In this document: piece after piece, positions 1-4,723 of the stretch
How the letters are laid out: each line of letters starts with the position of its first letter
How positions within the stretch are numbered: position 1 is the first letter of the stretch
IMG/VR virus record: IMGVR_UViG_3300045988_014126
Location: 1-5,821 of that record
Source: a virus
Length of the DNA: 5,821 nucleotides
Strand: one strand, 5' to 3'
The notes under the pieces: generated by a model
The model's database searches: none
Told to the model about the DNA's origin: nothing
The model's input: only the letters and a program-made list of their open reading frames with translations
Position numbers and translations under genes: made by a program

Positions 1-55
1 AGGACGTGAAGTAGTCGTGGAACTTACCCGCTTTTGCGGGCTTCATTCCGTATAA
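1..55. repeat. Terminal direct repeat (circular-genome assembly overlap), identical to 5767..5821
   Basis: The 55 nt aggacgtgaagtagtcgtggaacttacccgcttttgcgggcttcattccgtataa occur at both window ends. The capsid reading frame runs through the junction without interruption. Confidence 0.95.
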
Positions 56-625
56 CGTTCCTTCGTTTGTGTTGGTTGTTAGGTTCGGTTCGTTTGCATA
101 GTTTGCTATGTCAACTTCTCCGTCAGCAGCCTCTCCGCCATCATCGGTTTTTTTGTATCCCAGCATTAACGGTGCTTCCGTATTTTCGTCTCTGAACCAT
201 TCATTGTAGATCATGGCATATGCGCGTGCTGGTAGTGCGTTGACTTTGATTTTTTTGTTTACTTTTGTAGGCAGTCCGAAGTAGTCTCCAATGCTTCCGC
301 TTTGGATGCCTTTTTCTGTTCCGAAACTGCATTTAGGTGTGCTGTATTCGGTCTTTTCTGCCCAGTAGTTTGTGTCGTTTTCTCCGAACATGTTTTCCCA
401 GTGTTCCCACAGCAGACGACAGGGAACGAAGAAGAAATAGGTGTCCATGTAGCAGTTATCCATGATAGGATAGATGGGTGTGCTCATGCGAATGAGCCCA
501 TTCAGTTGCACTTTTGCGGTATCGCCCGGTAGCACTTCATCACAGTAGATGGGTACAAGTTCACCTTCGTTGATGGTCGTCAACAGCTGGTGACTTCGGT
601 CAAATTTGCTGCGTGGTCGTTCCAT
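1..625 (-). CDS. VP1: Major capsid protein VP1/F, N-terminal part (about aa 1-208); continues across the circular junction into 4724..5821
   Basis: Hand translation of the - strand from ATG (625..623) stays open to the window edge: MERPRSKFDRSHQLLTTINEGELVPIYCDEVLPGDTAKV...GSIGDYFGLP...ALPARAYAMIYNEWFRDEN. These are hallmark N-terminal motifs of Microviridae capsid proteins. The ORF is missing from the ORF track because it runs off the edge. Met at 46 equals Met at 5812, so the two pieces join in frame to give 555 aa. The start codon is uncertain: no SD precedes it, and an in-frame GTG lies at 634. Confidence 0.9.
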   Translation of the reverse strand, partial: MERPRSKFDRSHQLLTTINEGELVPIYCDEVLPGDTAKVQLNGLIRMSTPIYPIMDNCYMDTYFFFVPCRLLWEHWENMFGENDTNYWAEKTEYSTPKCSFGTEKGIQSGSIGDYFGLPTKVNKKIKVNALPARAYAMIYNEWFRDENTEAPLMLGYKKTDDGGEAADGEVDIANYANEPNLTTNTNEGTLYGMKPAKAGKFHDYFTS

Positions 626-650
626 TCGCGGCACTTGTGCGAAATGGTTT

Positions 651-1076
651 TCACTGTTTCGGTTCGTTTTCCTTCACCTCTTCCTTCTTTTCTTCCTCTT
701 TCGGCTTCGGCTGTTCGGTCTGCTGTACCTTTTTCAGCTGTTCCAGCGTTTTGGCTGCTGCTTCCGCCTTTTCGTGCATCTTCATGATATCCTTCGGCAG
801 ATTTTCGAGGTCAGTCCCTTCGGTGTATACCATGCTCTTTGCCTTGATGCTGGTATCCCCCGCTTCCAGTCGTGCGATTGCGCTTGCGAGGTCGTAGCCC
901 TCGCCGGCTCGCTGGATTTTTTCGTATGTGTCCTCATCCGGCTGCTGGACATAGTCGGTAGTGCCGTTCGGTCGCTTGATTGCTTTCCACGTTGGTGCGG
1001 TCTTGCTGCCCGGATTGTTTGCCACTCTCTCGGTCGGTGCGCCGTAGTACCGCACCATTACATCAGGATTTAACAT
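651..1076 (-). CDS. VP3: Internal scaffolding protein, VP3-like (141 aa)
   Basis: The ORF lies immediately upstream of VP1, as in gokushoviruses. An SD (GAAGGAG) sits 7-8 nt before the ATG at 1076, and the ORF overlaps the preceding gene by 14 nt. It has a charged K/E-rich C-terminal tail, and a central segment (GYDLASAIARLEAGD...YTEGTDLENLPKD) resembles remembered VP3 scaffolds. The assignment rests on size, synteny and loose resemblance only. Confidence 0.6.
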   Translation of the reverse strand: MLNPDVMVRYYGAPTERVANNPGSKTAPTWKAIKRPNGTTDYVQQPDEDTYEKIQRAGEGYDLASAIARLEAGDTSIKAKSMVYTEGTDLENLPKDIMKMHEKAEAAAKTLEQLKKVQQTEQPKPKEEEKKEEVKENEPKQ

Positions 1077-1317
1077 TGGCCGTCTCCTTCAGGTCGATGA
1101 GCCGTGCGATGTGTTCAGGCATTGCTTCGCTCATGTAGCCCGTTTCGGTGTCGAATTCGCCTAGTTCTACGAGTGAAATATCTTCGATTTCACTCGGCTT
1201 GCTTTCGTTTGCTTTCCAGCGTGCCGTTCGCACTGCCTGTGCCCTGTTGTTCTGTAGGAACGGCTGTGAGTAGCCATTGGTGAGTGCATCGTGGAATGAA
1301 TAGAATTTCAGTTTCAT
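1063..1317 (-). CDS. VP5: VP5-like small nonstructural protein (84 aa; gokushovirus ORF5 family, proposed role in ssDNA synthesis/packaging)
   Basis: The SD AAAGGAG lies 7 nt upstream of the ATG at 1317. The pattern MKLKFYSFHD....YSQPF...N...A.R ... ELGEFDTETG matches the remembered VP5 signature (F.V.D.....PF......A.R.F ... L.E.G.FD.ETG). Its position upstream of VP3 fits gokushovirus synteny. Confidence 0.6.
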   Translation of the reverse strand: MKLKFYSFHDALTNGYSQPFLQNNRAQAVRTARWKANESKPSEIEDISLVELGEFDTETGYMSEAMPEHIARLIDLKETANVKS

Positions 1318-1329
1318 GTTTTTTCTCCT

Positions 1330-1446
1330 TTACTCTTTGTCTTTATTCGCGTCTTTCAGTGCGTGGTAGATTTCATCGAGCTTTTCAAGGATGTTCATCA
1401 TCAGTGCAATTGCTTCCTTAACGTCCTTGACCTTGATTAATGCCAT
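1330..1446 (-). CDS. Hypothetical small protein, 38 aa (below the ORF-track cutoff)
   Basis: Hand translation gives MALIKVKDVKEAIALMMNILEKLDEIYHALKDANKDKE*. A G-rich SD (AAAGGGGG) lies 6 nt upstream of the ATG at 1446. The TAA stop is embedded in the SD of the next gene (TAAAGGAG). The ORF fills an otherwise empty gap in a tightly packed operon and looks like an amphipathic helix without a TM segment. Confidence 0.45.
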   Translation of the reverse strand: MALIKVKDVKEAIALMMNILEKLDEIYHALKDANKDKE

Positions 1447-1475
1447 TTTATGCCCCCTTTCTTTGTTTGTATTGT

Positions 1476-1592
1476 TTACAATCTGATTCCGCCTCTTGAT
1501 ACTTTCGGGCGAACGTTGATGTTTTTTACCCGCTTTGCAGTCTGGGTAAAACGTTTCTGATCGCCTCGACCTGCTCCGCTTCTGTGTGCCAT
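1476..1592 (-). CDS. Small highly basic DNA-binding/packaging protein, J-like (VP8-like), 38 aa
   Basis: The ATG at 1592 is preceded by a strong SD (AAAGGAGTGAACAAATG). The product MAHRSGAGRGDQKRFTQTAKRVKNINVRPKVSRGGIRL is R/K rich and ends in the RGGIRL-type C-terminus remembered from microvirus J-like proteins. phiX174 J is also 38 aa. The ORF track extends this frame to 1664 (62 aa), but that upstream start has a poorer SD. Confidence 0.65.
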   Translation of the reverse strand: MAHRSGAGRGDQKRFTQTAKRVKNINVRPKVSRGGIRL

Positions 1593-1737
1593 TTGTTCAC
1601 TCCTTTTTTGTTTTTTCTGTTTCGTCCTCAATTTGCTTTTTTGGTCTGGTCTCGTGCATTCCATGATTTCATTGCTTATCCTTCTTTCCAGGTTATGGTG
1701 TCATTTGATTATCGCTTGATCCTGATACGTTTCATTG

Positions 1738-2130
1738 TCACACCCCCTTTCTGTATTTTTTTCCGGTTCTCACATCAAAGTGCACCCAACTTTTGTACAC
1801 GATAATGCCGCATTCATTCGGGATTAATTCATTCAGTTTGTTGGCAACTTCTTTTGGATTCATTCCATCCACCCGGAAGTCTGCGGCCATGCCGCGCATG
1901 TGATATGAGTATTTTGCTCCACCACATTTTGCGTTCCACTCTGGTGTTCTGTATCCGCTGGTGATTATTACTGGTTTTCCCAGTTTATGTCGGAGGATGT
2001 CCAGAACGTTGTATAAGTAGTCGTCTATGAATACTACCGGACTGCCGTCTTTACACGCAAATTCTTTTACTTTGAAGTGTCTAGCAAGCTGTACATTTCC
2101 GTCTGTGTTCAGTATATAGCTTTTAATCAT
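1738..2130 (-). CDS. Peptidase M15 family (LAS-fold zinc D-Ala-D-Ala carboxypeptidase / endolysin-like cell-wall hydrolase), about 130 aa
   Basis: Zinc-ligand motifs are readable directly: SGYR...SYHMRGMAAD fits S-x-H-x-x-G-x-A-x-D, and a second His lies in WVHFDV. The N-terminal FKVKEFACKDG is typical of Peptidase_M15_3-like proteins. The preferred start is the ATG at 2130, with GGAGG (2140..2144) 9 nt upstream and an ATGATTAA overlap with the stop of the previous ORF. The track start at 2160 is a TTG. Confidence 0.85.
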   Translation of the reverse strand: MIKSYILNTDGNVQLARHFKVKEFACKDGSPVVFIDDYLYNVLDILRHKLGKPVIITSGYRTPEWNAKCGGAKYSYHMRGMAADFRVDGMNPKEVANKLNELIPNECGIIVYKSWVHFDVRTGKKYRKGV

Positions 2131-2314
2131 CTTCGTCAACCTCCGTGAAGTATATTTCAACCGTTTCGATTCTTTTCAGTGAATACAATCCCGGGTTTTC
2201 TTTTGCGTATGCTTCTGCACGTTTTTTCGCGTCCCTTGGCTCTTCTGTCATTCTGAGTACTGTTGTTGTGATTCCATTGCTGTTTAAATCTCTGAGTTCG
2301 TATTGGTGTTTCAT
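2123..2314 (-). CDS. Hypothetical protein, 63 aa, hydrophilic with an acidic C-terminal tail (EVDEDD)
   Basis: The ATG at 2314 follows AAGGAG (2323..2328) with an 8-nt spacer. The stop overlaps the start of the M15 peptidase gene, suggesting translational coupling. No motif recognised and no TM segment. Confidence 0.6.
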   Translation of the reverse strand: MKHQYELRDLNSNGITTTVLRMTEEPRDAKKRAEAYAKENPGLYSLKRIETVEIYFTEVDEDD

Positions 2315-2341
2315 TTTAATTTCTCCTTTCTTTCTGATTCT

Positions 2342-2370
2342 ATTATATCATATGTCAATAGGGCTTTAAA
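2342..2370 (-). promoter_or_regulatory. Candidate sigma70-type extended -10 promoter for the orf63/peptidase module
   Basis: The - strand reads TTTAAA (2370..2365), a 17-nt spacer, then TGATATAAT (TGn + TATAAT, 2350..2342). This lies about 28 nt upstream of the orf63 ATG and just upstream of its SD. The -10 is perfect and the -35 matches 4 of 6. A perfect TTGACA (2358..2353) also occurs but only 5 nt from the -10, so it is not used in this model. Confidence 0.4.
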
Positions 2371-2499
2371 TGATTTTGGTGTTTTGTAATATATTTGTAA
2401 CCTGGTTTTGCTCCTTTGTTTTGAAAGCGCTTTAGCGCCTTGCCGTGCGGAGCGCATGCGGAGCTCGGCTAAATCCATTCCTTTTTAGCGCTGTGCGCG

Positions 2500-3504
2500 T
2501 CATACTTTCGGTTCACGCCATTTTTGCTTTAGCTTGTCTTTTTCTTTCTGAATGTTGAGATAGGTTTCATAATCCACGCTTGTGTTCTGTTCGAGATTGA
2601 CTAAACTTTGTATTGCGTTGCGTCTCCGTTTGGCTCTAACCTCTCTCAGCTCGTCAGAATGTGCCCTAAAATAGCTTTCTGTGTCTTGGCTGGTATTTTT
2701 ATCTAGAATCTTATCAAAATAGCGTGGTGGCCTTTTCTCGCGTCCTCCTGCGCATATGATGCTATCTGTTTTCAAGATTTCATCTTTGTGTTCGTTTAGA
2801 TACTTTTCGCCGATTCCTTTCGACATGATTCTAAACTCTGGTTCTCTGCCTTGCATCCAGTATTTTGCCTCTTGCTCTGCACCTATGGCTTTTTTGTTGA
2901 CGTACTGTGCTACATATGCGTAGCTGCCCGGCTGTGCTGGTGAAAAGTCTATCATGCCTTTGCCCCATATTTTTTGTAACCACTCGCTTTTAAAATAGCT
3001 GTTGCCTTTTTGGTTTTTGTACCATTGTGCATCCGGTGGCTTTAGCCCAAATATTATCGCATGGTAGTGTGGTCTTTTTGTTCTGTCGCCGTATTCGGCT
3101 GCTAGGAAGTATTTTATTGGCTTTTTGTACGCTTTCCTTAGCCGTTTTAGAAATAGCTGCACGTCTCGTTTGCTTACTGTCTGACTTTGAATGCTTTTGT
3201 AGCCTTTGATGATCTCGCCGTAAGGTATGTGTTCATCGTCATACGTCAGTGTTAGAAAAATTACATCGTCCCATTCTTTGGCTTCTAGTTCTATTCTGGT
3301 TGCCCATTGGTCAGCCATCTGTTTGCGGCAATATTCGCACTTACCGCATGGTAACAATGCGAATTTTCCTTTTTTGATTCCGTCCATGATGTCCGCTTGT
3401 AGTCCTTGTTTTGATAGGCTTTCCAGACTTCCCCACAGTTGTGGTTTTTTCGTATCCATTTGAAATACTAATGGTTTTGTACATGGCATTTTTGTTACCG
3501 GCAC
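2500..3504 (-). CDS. VP4: Replication initiation protein VP4 (HUH rolling-circle endonuclease, phiX174 gpA family)
   Basis: Three rolling-circle Rep motifs are present: FLTLTYDDEH (motif 1), RPHYHAIIFG (HUH, motif 2) and YAYVAQYVNKK (two-tyrosine motif 3, nearly identical to phiX174 gpA YVAKYVNK). There is also a CGKCEYCR Cys cluster. The track start at 3504 is a GTG. The ATG at 3489 (MPCTKPL...) resembles typical VP4 N-termini and is an equally plausible start. Confidence 0.92.
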   Translation of the reverse strand: MPVTKMPCTKPLVFQMDTKKPQLWGSLESLSKQGLQADIMDGIKKGKFALLPCGKCEYCRKQMADQWATRIELEAKEWDDVIFLTLTYDDEHIPYGEIIKGYKSIQSQTVSKRDVQLFLKRLRKAYKKPIKYFLAAEYGDRTKRPHYHAIIFGLKPPDAQWYKNQKGNSYFKSEWLQKIWGKGMIDFSPAQPGSYAYVAQYVNKKAIGAEQEAKYWMQGREPEFRIMSKGIGEKYLNEHKDEILKTDSIICAGGREKRPPRYFDKILDKNTSQDTESYFRAHSDELREVRAKRRRNAIQSLVNLEQNTSVDYETYLNIQKEKDKLKQKWREPKV

Positions 3505-3531
3505 AAGCTTCCTTGTCTATCTTGTGCCGGT
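3497..3531 (-). promoter_or_regulatory. Stem-loop covering the rep translation-initiation region
   Basis: An inverted repeat pairs ccggcacaag (3498..3507) with cttgtgccgg (3521..3530), plus an A:T pair at 3497/3531, giving an 11-bp stem and a 13-nt loop. On the coding strand the loop displays AAGGAAG (SD-like), and the 3' arm of the stem contains the GTG at 3504..3502. The ATG at 3489 lies 8 nt past the stem. Confidence 0.55.
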
Positions 3532-3564
3532 TGACACCTCGCTTTCTTTATATATTAACTTGTT

Positions 3565-3585
3565 GTAGTCGTAGTAGTAGTAGTG
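3565..3585. repeat. Trinucleotide microsatellite (GTN)7 including perfect (GTA)4
   Basis: The sequence gta gtc gta gta gta gta gtg runs directly into the first TGTTGAA iteron. (GTA)4 occupies 3571..3582. Confidence 0.85.
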
Positions 3586-3752
3586 TTGAAAGTGTTGAAA
3601 ACTCGTTTTTTTAACGTTAATACGTTTATTTATTGCCTTTTTCCCTGTTGAAAACTTTGTTGAAAACTTGTTGAATTGTTGAATGTTCGTCATTTTGACG
3701 AATTTCTTTGTGCAACTTGTTGTTGAAAACCTGTTGAAAGTGTTGAAAACTC
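3584..3752. repeat. Iteron-like array: nine copies of TGTTGAA(A/T) in three clusters, bounded by a 21-nt perfect direct repeat
   Basis: TGTTGAA cores start at 3584, 3593 | 3646, 3658, 3669, 3677 | 3721, 3732, 3741, with intra-cluster spacing of 8-12 nt. The 21-mer tgttgaaagtgttgaaaactc occurs at 3584..3604 and again at 3732..3752. The whole array lies in the only long noncoding region, between the VP2 stop and the rep start. Confidence 0.85.
3686..3702. repeat. Perfect 7-bp inverted repeat (ttcgtca ttt tgacgaa) between iteron clusters B and C
   Basis: This was read directly: arms 3686..3692 and 3696..3702 with a 3-nt loop. A 10-bp palindrome ttaacgttaa (3611..3620) lies between clusters A and B, and gaaaac tcaa gttttc (3745..3760) follows cluster C. 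Confidence 0.7.
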
Positions 3753-3796
3753 AAGTTTTCCACATTCTCTATTTTTTGGATTATTGTTGTTTAAAA

Positions 3797-3818
3797 GGGG
3801 GATGTTTTACCATCCCCC
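3797..3818 (-). terminator. Candidate rho-independent terminator after VP2
   Basis: On the - strand, GGGGGATG gtaaaa CATCCCCC forms an 8-bp stem that is mostly G:C. It is followed by TTTT and starts 9 nt after the VP2 TAA stop (3830..3828). The T-tract is only 4 nt long. Confidence 0.5.
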
Positions 3819-3827
3819 CTTCCTTTC

Positions 3828-4685
3828 TTAGTTTCCTCTGTATGCGTTGAATGTGTCCATGTTTGGCATGATCGGTACTCTTTGGTTGTATTTTTTGTAT
3901 TTTCCCGCTGTGTCTTTGGCTGCTTCACCAGCTTTTTTTGCCGCGTCTTTGGCCGCCTTACCAGCTCCTGCAAGGCCTGCGCCTAACTTGTTTGCCGCAT
4001 AGCTGTACTGTTGTGCCTGTTTTGCACTTGAGCTTGCTAGTTCGCTTGCCGATTGTTCCCAGCTTTTTGCCGCTTTGATCTGTTTTGCGCTGGTGGCCTG
4101 TTTTGCTAGCTGTAAGTATTTGTCTGCTAGCTCTGCTGTGTTGTTGCCGTATTCATACATTGCTGATACGCTTGCGGCCTGTGCGCTTTGCTGGTTATAA
4201 TGCTGGCTTCCAATGCTTGCTGATGCTCCTGCTGGTGCGCTTGTTGCGCCGTTGGTCGCTGCCAGAATAGGATTGATGCCCGCTGCGATCATGTCCTTTA
4301 CGGTGTCCTGATAGGCTGTCCCGCGCATCTCCTTTTGAAATGCTCGTTCCGCTGCTGCTTCTGCGCTGTTGTACTTCTTGGCGCTTGCTTGGCTTCCAGC
4401 GTTCGCGAGGTTGCTCAGCAGTCCGCTCATCATTTGCAGTGCGTTTGCTGTGTTTACGCTGCTCTGATTGCCGAATGTGGCAATACCTGTAGGTGTGCTG
4501 ATTTGTGTTGCGCCTATCTGCTGCGGTGCTGTTATACTGCCGGTTGTGGTTTCGTTGCCTGTGCTGCTCTCGCTGCCTGTCCCTTGGCTGTTTTTGGCGC
4601 TGCTCTGGTTACTGCTTGTTATGATGCCTGTTAGCATGCTTAATCCTTGCATGAGGTACGGCATGAAGCTTAACAATGTTTCCAT
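3828..4685 (-). CDS. VP2: Minor capsid / DNA pilot protein VP2 (H-like), 285 aa
   Basis: The motif AERAFQKEMRGTAYQDTVKDMIAAGINPILA matches the conserved pilot-protein core (ER..NTAYQR.V.DM..AG.NP). The N-terminus is hydrophobic (METLLSFMPYLMQGLSMLTGII), and the rest is low-complexity S/T/G/Q/A-rich sequence with an A/K-rich tail. The position directly after VP1 fits. Confidence 0.85.
   Translation of the reverse strand: METLLSFMPYLMQGLSMLTGIITSSNQSSAKNSQGTGSESSTGNETTTGSITAPQQIGATQISTPTGIATFGNQSSVNTANALQMMSGLLSNLANAGSQASAKKYNSAEAAAERAFQKEMRGTAYQDTVKDMIAAGINPILAATNGATSAPAGASASIGSQHYNQQSAQAASVSAMYEYGNNTAELADKYLQLAKQATSAKQIKAAKSWEQSASELASSSAKQAQQYSYAANKLGAGLAGAGKAAKDAAKKAGEAAKDTAGKYKKYNQRVPIMPNMDTFNAYRGN
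3912..3966 (-). repeat. In-frame 33-nt tandem duplication inside the VP2 C-terminal tail
   Basis: gtctttggctgcttcaccagct (3912..3933) and gtctttggccgccttaccagct (3945..3966) match at 19 of 22 positions with a 33-nt period (11 codons). They encode AGKAAKDAAKK / AGEAAKDTAGK. Confidence 0.6.
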
Positions 4686-4693
4686 TCAAAAAT

Positions 4694-4713
4694 AGCCCCG
4701 CTTTTGCGGGGCT
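4694..4713 (-). terminator. GC-rich hairpin with U-tract between VP1 stop and VP2 start (partial terminator/attenuator; also bridges SD to ATG)
   Basis: The - strand reads AAAAAAGGAGGA AGCCCCGC AAAA GCGGGGCT ATTTTTGA ATG: an 8-bp stem, a 4-nt loop and a run of 5 T. The hairpin lies in the 38-nt gap between the VP1 TAA (4726..4724) and the VP2 ATG (4685). Confidence 0.55.
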
Positions 4714-4723
4714 TCCTCCTTTT

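Noticed and set aside
1-55. Terminal repeat as an LTR/TIR of a mobile element or a true phage terminal redundancy
   Set aside because: It is a direct repeat lying inside the capsid coding sequence, which closes in frame. Microviridae genomes are circular, so this is an assembly overlap.
1593-1664. N-terminal extension of the J-like protein to 62 aa (MECTRPDQKSK...)
   Set aside because: The internal ATG at 1592 has a much better SD and yields the 38-aa size and N-terminus typical of J-like proteins. The extension cannot be excluded, however.
2131-2160. Longer form of the M15 peptidase starting at 2160
   Set aside because: That start is a TTG lying 38 nt inside orf63. The ATG at 2130 has GGAGG at a 9-nt spacing and a start/stop overlap with orf63.
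2353-2358. Perfect TTGACA as the -35 of the accessory promoter
   Set aside because: It lies only 5 nt from the TATAAT, which is incompatible with sigma70 spacing. The TTTAAA at a 17-nt spacing plus the TGn extension is the coherent model.
2400-2499. tRNA or small structured RNA gene in the GC-rich spacer
   Set aside because: No T-loop (GTTCRANNC) or cloverleaf arrangement could be found by eye. The symmetry elements are short GCGC palindromes.
3541-3570. dif/Xer recombination site indicating a temperate lifestyle (TATATATTA core in the noncoding region)
   Set aside because: Only the AT-rich central part loosely resembles dif. Neither flanking XerC nor XerD arm matches remembered consensus sequences, and no integrase is present.
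3584-3752. CRISPR array as an explanation for the short repeats
   Set aside because: The repeat units are only 7-11 nt, there are no spacers of uniform length and no cas genes, and the context is a 5.8-kb phage. They are iteron- or operator-like instead.
3756-3764. DnaA box (TTTTCCACA fits TTWTNCACA) next to the iterons
   Set aside because: A single relaxed match is expected about 0.3 times by chance in a genome of this size, so it is not evidence on its own. It is kept only as a side note in the iteron finding.
3791-3973. 60-aa basic ORF in an alternative frame over the VP2 3' end (possible overlapping gene, as in phiX174)
   Set aside because: It starts at a TTG without an SD. Its K/R richness is the expected by-product of reading the GCN-AAR-rich VP2 tail out of frame, and it runs through the terminator hairpin. 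No positive evidence supports it.
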